Shown: positions 1-12,058, counted from the stretch's first letter. The stretch is 64,000 nucleotides of DNA from Eledone cirrhosa (GCA_964016885.1 OZ024741.1:400148001-400212000); one strand, 5' to 3'. Notes: a model not told the origin generated them from the sequence alone. A program made the numbers and translations.

Positions 1-1926
1 GCATCTGGAATGGTGGAACATACTATGGTCACCCGGATAGTAAACCAAGTAATACAGAATGGGGTCATACCAAAAGACTGGCATAGCTAGCAACATCATC
101 ATTAACTGCTACAAGGGTAAAGGGGATGCCCTAGATAGGGAAAATTATAAAGACATTAAGTTAGTTGACCAGGCCATGAAGGTCACAGAAAGAGTTATAG
201 CGCAACTAATCAGAGAGCGAATTGATCTAGATGAAATACAATTTGGGTTTGTGTCAGGTAAAAGTACCACAGACGCTCTTTTCCTTGTACAACAACCACA
301 GGAGAAGTACCTAGCTAAAAGTAAACCCCTCTGCTTAGCCTTTGTACCCGGAGAAAGCCTTTGACAGAGTCCCCTGCTCCATTATCTGGTGGGCTCTTAG
401 AAAACTAGGTGTAGATGAATGGCTTGTGAGAGCTATACAAGCCATGTATACAGAAACAATCAGTACAATGAATATAGTGAAGAATTTAGTGTAAAAGTTG
501 GTGTTCATTAAGGTTCTGTCCTTAGCCCCCTGCTATTTGTTATTGCCCTTCTGACTATAACAGAGGAGTTTAAGACCGGCTGCCTATGGGAACTCATATA
601 CGCAGATGATCTAACTCTCATAGCTGAATCTATGGCTGAACTAGAGAAGAGATTCCAAACATGGAAGCATGGCCTAGAATCAATAGGACTTAAAGTTCTA
701 GTATGTCTAAGACTAAAGTTCTAGTATGTAGAAAGGAAAATAGGGCACAAGTGCCTTCTGGGAAATAGCCATGCTCGGTGTGTAGGAAAGGAGTAAGTAA
801 AAATTCCATTTTATGTCCCAAATTCAAACTATGGGTACATAAAACATGTAGTGGGATCACAAGTAAACTATCTAAGAACGTAGGTTTTATATGTGGCCGA
901 TGCTCAGGTGCAATAAGTAGCAAGTGCCCACAGGATTCTAGCTCCTTCTATTGCCCAGATGGTTCTATAGAAATAGTGGACACTTTCCGTTACCTGGGTG
1001 ACAATATCAGCAGTGGTGGAGGGTGCTCTTAAAGTACAGTAGCTAGAGTCAGAACGGGGTGGAAAAAGTTCAGAGAGCTTATACCGCTATTGGCCACAAA
1101 GGGTTTCTCTCTAAAAATGAAAGGCAGATTGTATGATACCTGTATACAAACAGCACGCTACATGGCAGTGAGACATGGGCATTGTGTGCAGAAGGACCTG
1201 CGCAGACTGGAAAGGAACGAAGCATGCATGCTCCGTTGGATGTGTAATACATGAACGGCAAAGCATAAATGAACTAAGTGAGAAATTAGGAATAAGAGGG
1301 ATGAGATGCTGTTTACTTGAAAGAAGACTGCATTGGTATGGTCACGTGATGCGCATGAAAGACGGAGTAGGTAGCCCAGAAAAACCTGGGACGATCTGAT
1401 AAATTCCGACCTTACACACTTGCACCTCTCTAAGACAATGTCACTGGATCGAGATCTTTGGCGCTACGCAGTAATACAGAAGACCCGCCTTGCCTATGTA
1501 CAAAGCGAAACCTACAGTCAGTAGGCACCTCTTAACCAAATATACACCCCAATCCACTACCCCTACCCTATCCTCCCACTCCCACCAACACCACCCTTTC
1601 TCTGTAAAGTTGCTACCACAACACCCAGTCCAAATAAATGAGATAATGAGATCGAGATCGTGTAGGTGTCACAACAAAATAACATACTGTCCATGCTGTC
1701 ATGTGGTCGTGTAGGTAACACGATAAAAAGTTCCCAGTTCCACACTGTAAATGTGGTTGGTGTTAGGAAGGGCAACCAGCCGTAGAAAACCTGCCAGATA
1801 GTCCTATATGAGCGAGACACGGTTACCCAACCAACCTTGCCTCAAATTGGAACAACTCCCATCTAACCCATGCTAGCGTGGAAGATAGACGTTAAACGAT
1901 GATGATGATGATGATGATGATGATGA
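1..1926 (+). mobile_element. RTE-clade LINE, degraded 3' portion (RT, PHD-like finger, 3' UTR, (GAT)n tail); cut by the window edge
   Basis: Fragmented ORFs (59-364, 778-1032) match the 32727-34541 RT. Several stops and frameshifts are present. The element ends in ...gacgttaaac(gat)n at 1898-1926. Confidence 0.93.
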
Positions 1927-1959
1927 CCCTCAATTAGGACGAGTTTTTTCTGAAGTCCT

Positions 1960-2142
1960 TCCTTACTCTTCTCACTCTCTCTACTCTCTTACTCTCTCTA
2001 CTCTCACTACCCTCCTTACTCTCTCTACTGTCTCTACTCTCCTTACTCTCTCTGCTCTCCTTACTCTCTCTCTCTACTCTCCTTACTCTCTCTCTCTACT
2101 CTTCTCACTCTCCCTATCCTCCTTTCTCTCCTTACTCTCTAC
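1960..2142. repeat. Degenerate CT-rich minisatellite (ctctctactctcctta-like)
   Basis: Repeated ctctact/ctcctta motifs are visible directly. Confidence 0.8.
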
Positions 2143-2273
2143 TTGCTCCAACTTAGTCCCTGTAAAGAAACAATACAGTTATTGACAAGAAAAGTTGAAT
2201 TTAATGCATGTAAGATTTCACAGCTCTAGCATCAATTCTTCTTAGTCAGCCTTTGAACTTTTCAGCCTACCCT

Positions 2274-2305
<32 letters not shown>

Positions 2306-2321
2306 GTTTTAATATAGAAGA

Positions 2322-2370
2322 GATTCTACAGGACTAGAACTGTTTCATTCATTAGAAATCATCAGGAATC
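2322..2370 (-). ncRNA. Minimal type I hammerhead ribozyme
   Basis: Reads gattc CTGATGA tttctaatgaat GAAA cag ttctagtc ctg TA gaatc, with a canonical core and stems I and III. Confidence 0.85.
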
Positions 2371-2413
2371 TGGGTATCAAAAAATAAAAATGGTATTTAT
2401 TTTTTGATACCCA

Positions 2414-2462
2414 GATTCCTGATAATTTCTAATGAATGAAACAGTTCTAGTCCTGTAGAATC
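2414..2462 (+). ncRNA. Minimal hammerhead motif, core variant CTGATAA
   Basis: Inverted copy of 2322-2370 with one core substitution. Confidence 0.7.
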
Positions 2463-2545
2463 TCTTCTATATTAACACTTTTATACTCTTCTATGTATTG
2501 AGTACCTTACTTACTGTGGTTACCTCCGATTCAACCCGGAATAAC

Positions 2546-2580
<35 letters not shown>

Positions 2581-2581
<1 letters not shown>

Positions 2582-3000
2582 CTTTCACCGTATTTTTGAC
2601 TAAAGGAATTTTAGCCTGATAATGGGGTTTAGAACCCTCAGATAAATGGAAAAAGATGAGTACTGACGTACATGGGAGTCGAACCCACATCTTTGGTTAT
2701 CGCGACCACTGTGCTACCATTACACCAACACATCAACTGCCATTTAAACTCGCTAAGAATGTAGCTTCTAATTTGAATAGAAAGAGATGGGTGATGTGTT
2801 GGTGTAATGGTAGCACAGTGGTCGCGATAACCAAAGATGTGGGTTCGACTCCCATGTACGTCAATACTCATCTTTTTCCATTTATCTGAGGGTTCTAAAC
2901 CCCATTATCAGGCTAAAATTCCTTTAGTCAAAAATACGGTGAAAGCTATTCTATTTTCTAATTTCAAACCTGCTCACTGTTTCAAAACATACTTACTTGA
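2581..3000. mobile_element. Inverted-repeat element containing tRNA-like heads, inserted in (TA)n
   Basis: 2581-2735 is the near-perfect reverse complement of 2792-2946. The + arm has about 55 nt of extra tail before (TA)n. Confidence 0.8.
2793..2863 (+). tRNA. tRNA-like (pseudo-tRNA, SINE-type head) with a Gln-like D arm; identical inverted copy at 2664-2734 (-)
   Basis: Cloverleaf: acceptor GATGTGT/GTACGTC, A box TGGTGTAATGG, anticodon arm TGGT-CGCGATA-ACCA (no U33), T arm GTGGG-TTCGACT-CCCAT, followed by TTTTT. Confidence 0.7.
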
Positions 3001-3099
3001 TATATATATATATATATATATTAGGGATACTATTTATGGTTATGTATATATTAAAACTTTTTATAGTTATGTATATTTTAAACCCTAAACAGTGAAGGT

Positions 3100-4115
<1,016 letters not shown>

Positions 4116-4154
4116 ATATAAGGGTAGCCTTTCCTATATATATATATATATATA

Positions 4155-4316
4155 TAGGAAAGGCTAAAAATTCTAATTTAGTCCAGAAATAGCCGTCGAA
4201 ACGGCTTGAGCTCTGCCATCCGGGGTCATACTTTTTCCTATTTCCCACTCTACTACCCTAAGTATTGAGTACTCTGGTGCGTATGGTCCATCTGGTTCCT
4301 TACCACAGTCCCTTTG

Positions 4317-4319
<3 letters not shown>
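4155..4319 (+). mobile_element. Penelope-like tail fragment (family D) with the 3' half of a hammerhead
   Basis: agccgtc GAAA cggcttgagctc.. followed by a tail with TATTGAGTAC. Homologous to 8926-9141 and flanked by (TA)n. Confidence 0.7.
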
Positions 4320-4355
<36 letters not shown>

Positions 4356-4401
4356 TATTTATATATATATATATGTATATGTCTCTATCTATATATATAT
4401 A

Positions 4402-5713
4402 TTTGGGTTTGTTGGTTCACCACTGGATAGAACTGGTCACTCCGTGTGGTCAACCACGATGTAATGTTATGGAAAGCACTCAACATAATGCAACCACCCG
4501 TCTTCGTTTGTATAGTTGGTGGTGCGAGTACAGAGTTAATTATTACAAAATAACAAGAGGCATGTACTGGTGTAAATCCTTGAACAGTTTATTTTACTAT
4601 GATCATTTCAATGACCCGGTTCACTATGAAACCGGTGACATCATCAGGTAAATCAAAATATAACGAAGGAAATATAGCAGATAAAAATCCATGGTGTTTA
4701 AATCAGAGACAAGAGGGCGGCCGGTATTTTAGCAGCTACTAGCTGCGTCGACCGCCCTCAAGTGCTGATAATAAGGTCTACATACTGCCTTCTGGTGTAG
4801 GAGCGCACCCCTTTAATGTACTACCACCATCCCGTCAGATGGAAGTGTCAGCGCTGAGGTCACGCGTCAATCAGGCTGGTCAGGCATGCTCGATATTGCC
4901 GCGAAATATGTTTTTTCAAGGACAAACAGACATAGAGATTAAAAAGGGAGAGAGTGTGTGTGAATGAAGGAGAGATAGAGAGTGACAGAGAGAGTAAAAC
5001 AGAGAGGGAGTGTAGGAGAATGAAAAACAGAGAGATTGACAGAGAGAGTGAGAAAGAGAGAGTGAGTGTAATTAATATAGAGAGAAGGTGACAATTAACA
5101 TAAGGAGGCTTTTATGAAGAAGTTTAGGTGTGATATATATAGTCACGATAACTTGTCAGTAAAAATATGCCCATGCTAGCGGTCAATAACCAGCGACGAC
5201 CGCGGGTCCCGCGCTAGGCACCTCCTCCAAGGTTCCAGCTGTTCCGAGTAATATCGTCTAGCGAAAGAAATGGAAATTAGTTTTTCCGAGTACTCCAGGA
5301 ATGTAACTGTCTTAGGCGTCGGTTGTGTCATCGTGGAGCCCTCCATCGCCGGCTGGCCATCGTATATACCAAGCGGTTGCTATTATATCACACAGGGTGG
5401 GGATTTAGTTAAGTGCTAGTAGGAAGAGGCATGATACAGCTAAAGGTTATGACTAAGCCTAGCAAATAAAGGTACTATTTGGCGGTCAGTGCCGGCGGTG
5501 TGGCGAGTCTCGAGCCCGGCCTAACCCCGGGACGAAGGAACGGTTCCGAGTAATTTCGTTTATCGAAAGAAGGAGAAATTTATTTTTCCAAGCACACAAA
5601 GAAGGCTAAAGTACCCGATTGCCCGGCGCGCAGTCAAGCGATTCGCCACATCCGTCGTATGATCGGGTGTTACCAGACAATTAATGTTTATTCACTCCCA
5701 CGGTGTGAGGTTG

Positions 5714-5716
<3 letters not shown>
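4402..5716 (-). mobile_element. Penelope-like 3' region with HHR and tail, no recognisable ORF
   Basis: Bounded by (TA)n. It has an HHR at 4593-4652, AATAAA, tail motif TGTTGAGTGC and a CT-rich UTR on the - strand. Confidence 0.7.
4593..4652 (-). ncRNA. Type I hammerhead ribozyme
   Basis: Reads tttac CTGATGA [ccggtt..aaccgg stem II] GAAA tgatca TA gtaaa, with a palindromic stem III. Confidence 0.85.
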
Positions 5717-5747
<31 letters not shown>

Positions 5748-5759
5748 ACCCAGAATAAC

Positions 5760-5825
<66 letters not shown>

Positions 5826-5841
5826 TAAAATAACAGATTAA

Positions 5842-5892
5842 AGTTTAAGCAAAGAATCGCTGCTTTCACCCTTAACGGGATCTTCTGAAACC
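5842..5892 (-). ncRNA. Variant hammerhead motif (core CAGAAGA)
   Basis: Reads ggttt CAGAAGA tccc-gttaa-gggt GAAA gca..tgc TT aaact. Confidence 0.6.
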
Positions 5893-6821
5893 AACAAAGT
5901 CAATCTGTAAACGCAGAACTGGATATTTCAAAAAACGTTGCAACCGGAGGAAGACAGGAAGACGATACTTTGGTTCGTGGTAACGTTCGCTGGTAACGAA
6001 CGGGGAAAAAACGAATAATACGTCATTAATAGGAGCGGTGAAAAACAATTACGCGCAAAGACAAAACCACGTTTATGGTATAAAAGAGGTCGTAGACTAA
6101 TGTTCTCTTAGGTGGTGCATATAGACGTTCTCTGGCAATGAACGAAAAAACGAAGATAATAAGTCATATGTGGAGCGTGGAGAACAATAGCACGCAAAGA
6201 CAAAACCACGTAAATGGTATAGCAGAAATCGTAGACTAAAATTCTAACTAGGAGACCAAATGAATCTCCGCTACAGAGTTAAGAACAAAGTAAATAAATA
6301 CAATACAGAAGTAATAGGAACAAATAAATACATACACGCAAACAGATACGTACATACACAAGCATACACAAAACCTTACCATGGGTATACAAAACCACGC
6401 ACATATAAATATGTGTGTGTGTGTATGCTTGTGTACAAATAAATAAATAATTATATAAACGTATATAAGTAAATAAATACGTATATAACAAGCGCACACG
6501 CATACCTACATATAAATACACGAATGTTCGGAGACGTAAGTCAACTAAAACAAGAAGTACACATATACACACACCCACCATACGTACGAACCTGCACACT
6601 CACGCGGACGCAAAACTCCCGTATACACATAGCCAAACCCTAAATACCAGAATATGTAAAAATTATACGCTATAACAGTCAAATATACGTACGAGAAGGT
6701 ATACATACCTTCACAAAACATACGGGTAATATATACTTACCTATGCAAATACGTAAAGGAATAAACAAAACATATACTTAGCTCCCACACCAAGACGTAA
6801 AATATCCACGTATAGATCGTG

Positions 6822-8329
6822 CTATCCGTTAGGGTATAACGTGGGGCTGTAATACAGGAAAGTTTTGTGCAATTTATGTTTACAAGCCGAAATTGCCTCA
6901 GATTTTTTGTTTAAGATGTGGTCTGTAGCGTAGAGTATTTCCAGGGCCTCAGCGGCGCAGAGGTCACATGGTCTTTTATTTCCGTTATACGATCTAGCCC
7001 TAGCTAGGATCTCCCAGTGTAACTTATATTGGGTGTGGTTGTCTTTTAGACTCCAGATATAAGCTGAAAGTGACGTCATATTCCTTCTTAGAGGGTAACG
7101 AAAAGAATGGGTATGCATGTAAAGACGCTGCTTGAAACTATTGGCGGTTAACCCTATGTAGGCCCTACGGGACGTGGGTGTTACAACCTTACATTTGTAG
7201 ACAATGTTACTAGAGAGGCATTTCCCGGATAGGGGGCAATCAGCCCGATTCCTACAATTACAGTTAGTACTACCTACAGGGTTGCACGTGTTCCTACGGC
7301 TAGGTAGTTTAGCTAAATTTGAAGCTGTGATGTTATGTGCAAGGTTAGGAGTCGTAGAGTAAGAAATTTTAATAGTATTTCTATTAAAAATTTTACTATA
7401 TTTATGTGTAGGGGGAAAATGCTTCGTAATAAGGGAAAGAAAGATTTTAGCTAATGGTGTGGCCACCTCCATATTATATGGTGGGTTAAACCAACAAATG
7501 CGACGGGATCTATTTCTTCTAGGTCTATTTTCGTACACTGTATATGCTACCTTATCGACAAATCCACTTCGAGCAAGAGCTTCATTGTAATAAGTGGAAT
7601 GGTCGTTGAAAATGCGCTCGTTGGTGGAAAGACGGGAAAGCCTCAACGAAACGTTTCTTACCAGGTTCTTGGTTATGCTGGCAGGATGGTTGGAATGCTT
7701 ACTTATGTAATTAAGCGTATCATTCGGCTTTCTATACGGGTAATACAACCCATTCAATAAATTGAGGGTAACGTCGAGGTAATTAACGACCGAGAGATTG
7801 GCCTCAACCTGTATAGAGAGGTTGAAGCCTTTAAAGAAGGCTGTGAGTTCTTTTCTGAACCTGTCGCAAGCACGAGGTCCGCACTTAGTCATGGTCAAAA
7901 GACCATCGTCACGGTACAAACCACCGCCCGCGTTGGGGAATTCGTCCTTGATAGAGAAAAGAAGGAAAAGGCCAATAAGATCAGTAACCTCCGCAGAGTC
8001 ACTGGCGCCCATACTCACGTCGAATGGGGTACTATTGGATTTTTTAATCCAAATAGAGTCGTCGAAATTAATCACCGACTTTCGGGCATTAAGGATGACA
8101 TCAACTTCAAAATCCTTAACCACTGTGAGTGTTTTAGCGAAATTGATAGCTCTAAGGAGAAGTGGTAAAGTGATGGAGGAGTAGTAATTGTTGATGTCGA
8201 ATAGGATAAAACGGCAATGTTCCTTGTTACATATGCCGTTGAACCAATCAATCACCGCGAAAGAATTGTTCCACAGTGCGAGAGGGGCCAAACTTCTAAT
8301 TTCAGGTATAATTCTATCAAGAATCGTTT

Positions 8330-8331
<2 letters not shown>
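6822..8331 (-). CDS. Penelope-like RT and GIY-YIG endonuclease, 5'-truncated open frame
   Basis: Motifs LFDINNYYSSI, FDVSMGASDSAEVTDLIG, GLYRDDGL, NYLDVTLNL, WFNPPY, CNC-x5-CPLSGKC, NIVY..AYIG and CDLC. The N-terminal 25 aa of the listed ORF run through (TA)n and are artefactual. Confidence 0.92.
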
Positions 8332-8360
<29 letters not shown>

Positions 8361-8705
8361 CGTTATTCTGGGTTGAATCGGAGGTAACCACAGTAAGGTA
8401 CTCAATACATAGCAGAGTTTAAAAGTTTTAATATAGATGAGATTCTACAGGACTAGAACTGTTTCATTCTTTAGAAATCAGCAGGAATCTGGGTATCAAA
8501 AAATAAATATGGTATTTACAGGCCTCTTCAGGTGGTAGGAGTGGGATGGGTAGAGGTCATTGGTTGATAGAAAAGGGAATTCATTAAAAGCTAATTCTTT
8601 AAAGCTATAATTTATATTTAGAGTAACAAAGGCAGAAAGAATTCTATAAACAAGTTCAGAATGGGGTGCCACTCCTTATTTTTAAGTTTCTCTTAAGCTA
8701 TATTC
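8361..8705 (-). mobile_element. Penelope-like family A 3' end with HHR variant (8441-8489, core CTGCTGA)
   Basis: Homologous to 2306-2547, including the tail. Confidence 0.8.
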
Positions 8706-8776
8706 CAAATGTCAACAGACACATTCACAAACACACACACTCACACACACACACACGCGCACCCACACATACATAT

Positions 8777-8825
<49 letters not shown>

Positions 8826-8836
8826 TATATACATAT

Positions 8837-8925
<89 letters not shown>

Positions 8926-8926
<1 letters not shown>

Positions 8927-9138
8927 CGGAGGAAAAGTGGTAAGGAACCAGGTGGACCATAACGCACCAAAGTACTCAATACTTAGGGTAGTAGAGTGGG
9001 TAATAGGAGTAAGTAAGACCCCGACGGCTGAGCTCAAGCCGTTTCGACGGCTAATTCTGTACTCAATTAGCCGTCGAAATTAGCAGTACAGAATTAGCCG
9101 TCGAAACGGCTTGAGCTCAGCCGTCGGGGTCTTACTTA

Positions 9139-9141
<3 letters not shown>
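8926..9141. mobile_element. Penelope-like family D inverted pair with half-hammerheads
   Basis: About 9010-9063 is inverted to 9086-9141. It reads GAAA cggct-tgagctc-agccg TC ggggtc. The tail is on the - arm only, and the pair is flanked by (TA)n. Confidence 0.75.
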
Positions 9142-9230
<89 letters not shown>

Positions 9231-9329
9231 AATGAAGTAATTCCGTCGGAAAAGTCCAGGAAAAAAGAGTGTTCTATGTAAGCAACAGAGCTTAATTATT
9301 ATTATGTAATAAACAACATAAGGCAATTA

Positions 9330-9388
9330 TTCCATTTACCAGTGGTTTCTTAAAAGCAAAAGGTTTTGCTTTCAATCCTCAGAATGAA
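9330..9388 (-). ncRNA. Type I hammerhead ribozyme in a Penelope-like fragment (about 9225-9520)
   Basis: Reads tttcatt CTGAGGA ttgaaagcaaaa-cc-ttttgcttttaa GAAA ccactgg TA aatggaa. Confidence 0.85.
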
Positions 9389-9534
9389 AAAATCCTGGTT
9401 TGTTTATTGAATTTGGATCTTAAAAACAAAAAAAGCAAGCTATATGAAAGTGAGGCTGGAGAAGGAAGAAGGAAAGGAAAAATAAAAATAAAAATAAAAA
9501 TAAAATAAGACTACCCATACAACCACACATACAC

Positions 9535-9612
<78 letters not shown>

Positions 9613-9627
9613 GCGCATACACACACA

Positions 9628-9718
9628 CGTTATTCCGGGTTGAATCGGAGGCAGCCACAGCAAGCAAGGCACTCAGTACACCGCAGAGCATGAAGGTTAT
9701 AATACAGATGAGAATCTG
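9628..9718 (-). mobile_element. Family A Penelope-like tail, GC-shifted copy
   Basis: Aligns to 8361-8446 and to 2459-2547. Confidence 0.8.
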
Positions 9719-9733
9719 TGTATGTATACAAAC

Positions 9734-9790
<57 letters not shown>

Positions 9791-10165
9791 TGTGTATGCG
9801 CGCACGCACGCACGCGTATACAAATATAAATATATTTCCCCCATACACATGTGTGTGCGTGCATGCGCGCATACGCGCAGGGTATGTTCTGTTGAAAGTG
9901 TCTCGTGAATTTATGGCTACAGTTGTATAGATTATACTTAGAAATTGTCTACAGAATTCCCTAAACCTTCGTCAATTTACTAGAACCTTTAAGAATTTAG
10001 CTTCTAAGGAATCTCCCCTTCCTCCAAAACTATCTACCATGACTGACCCCATACTGATCTTACAGACACCTGTAAGCTAAAGAGAAAGCTAATGATAAGG
10101 ATTGGCTCCAATCTGAATACAGAAATCTGTCTGCCTTTGTTCCTCTAAGAACAAACATATACAAA

Positions 10166-10203
<38 letters not shown>

Positions 10204-10388
10204 TATCTACACACACACACGCATACATATATATATATATACACACACACATACACACACATATATACACACACATACACACACACACACACATATACAC
10301 ACGCATATATATACACACATATATATATATATATATGTATGCGCGTGTGTACACGCATACACATACGTACACATAGCCATACCCACAC

Positions 10389-10430
<42 letters not shown>

Positions 10431-10431
<1 letters not shown>

Positions 10432-11317
10432 TGAAAAAGTGAGTCCTTCATCAGTGACCCTCCAACCGTCCTCGGCATTTCATCGCTTTAAGGGCCATAT
10501 GCCTCAGGTTGGTGCGAACAACGGCTAAAAAAAGTCGTTGGGACACGTAAACAAAGGGGGACGCTAGAGTAACAACAAAAAAGTTTAAGCAACGGAAAGT
10601 GAGTAGAAATAGACAAGTCCCAGATCTCTATGAATATAAACTCTGTGAAATCGTGAACAAGAGACGAAAGACCATCAAACCTGGTTGAAATGTGAGCAAG
10701 GAAAGAATTTTGCCCAAGTTTGACGGGGGGGAAAAAAGAGAGAGAGAGAGAAAGGAGAGAAGAAGAAGAAGAAGAAGAAGAAGAAGAAGAAGAAGAAGAT
10801 AAAGGGGTCTGGTCTACGAATTCGGTAAACGCAAGTTTTGTGAAGTCGCAGACGAAAGAGAGAGAGAAAAAAATTCCATACCAGCTCGGTCAAGACCGCG
10901 CGAGAAAAGAATTACACACAGGTCAAACTTGAAGGAGGAGGAGGAAAGAGGAGGAGGAGAGGTAGTGACAGAGAATGAGTGAGTGAAAGTTGAGGAGAGG
11001 GTAACAGAGAGGGAGACTGCTAGAAGTGGTAAAGATACAAGGAACGAAACAGACGAAGGCAGCACGGAAAAAATATATGTGTAAATATGATAATAATGGA
11101 GCTGCGGCGTTGCAAATGGGATACATATGAAAAAGTGAGTCCTTCATCAGTGACCCTCCAACCGTCCTCGGCATTTCATCGCTTTAAGGGCCATATGCCT
11201 CAGGTTGGTGCGAACAACGGCTAAAAAAAGTCGTTGGGACACGTAAACAAAGGGGGACGCTAGAGTAACAACAAAAAAGTTTAAGCAACGGAAAGTGAGT
11301 AGAAATAGACAAGTCCC

Positions 11318-11321
<4 letters not shown>
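10431..11321 (-). mobile_element. Non-coding element with identical ~195-bp direct terminal repeats, inserted in (TA)n
   Basis: 10431-10625 equals 11127-11321. The interior is CT-rich on -. A diverged homologue lies at 13036-13237 (+). Confidence 0.75.
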
Positions 11322-11356
<35 letters not shown>

Positions 11357-11862
11357 CATACATTCACACAATCAAGCATATATACACACGTACATGCATA
11401 CACATACATAAATGCACTCCTCTACATATTCACACACGCAAATAAATATAAGAAAAAAAAAATATATATATATATATTATAAAAATATTGAGACCGTTAC
11501 ATAACTGGACAGACAAGCGTGGTAAGAAACACACACAAAAGCACATCTACATACGCACGAAATAGTCAACGCATTCACACACTCTCACACATAAAAAAAT
11601 TTTAAATACAAATACATAACCGCATACATACGCATACATGCATAACCACGCACAAGTGTACAATCTATACACACACACATGTGTATACAACTATATGCAC
11701 ACACACACATATATGCATACATAAACACACATATATATACATAAATACAAACGTACACACACACATATATATACACGTACACATACACACACATATACAT
11801 ACATAGCTAAACAATTATACACATACAAATACGTATATATCATAAACACGCACAACAGAACA

Positions 11863-11968
<106 letters not shown>

Positions 11969-12019
11969 TACAATTATCAATATATACACACGCACATATG
12001 TACACACACACATATATAT

Positions 12020-12058
<39 letters not shown>

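Larger units (their letters stand above)
2306..2547. mobile_element. Penelope-like terminal-repeat fragment, head-to-head inverted pair in (TA)n (family A)
   Basis: 2308-2388 is the reverse complement of about 2396-2475. The + arm continues into a tail ending ...ggaataacg(TA)n. Each arm has an HHR motif. Confidence 0.85.
5821..8331 (-). mobile_element. 5'-truncated Penelope-like element (Naiad-type) in (TA)n
   Basis: RT plus GIY-YIG ORF, a 1-kb 3' UTR and a variant HHR at 5842-5892. Both ends abut (TA)n. Confidence 0.92.

Noticed and set aside
2793-2863. Functional tRNA-Ser(CGA)
   Set aside because: It lacks U33 and a long variable arm, has a wobble-rich acceptor stem and sits in a mobile-element context.
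8332-8405. N-terminus MSTLLWLPPIQPRIT of the 527-aa ORF as a true start
   Set aside because: It comes from a different element's tail read through (TA)n, so the fusion is probably chance.
10060-10150. Possible host exon on the - strand
   Set aside because: Splice-like dinucleotides are present, but there is no recognisable protein similarity or other support.
10441-10512. Hammerhead in the 195-bp repeat
   Set aside because: CTGAGGC..GAAA lacks the UH site and a valid core. The downstream CTGATGA has no GAAA or stem II partner.
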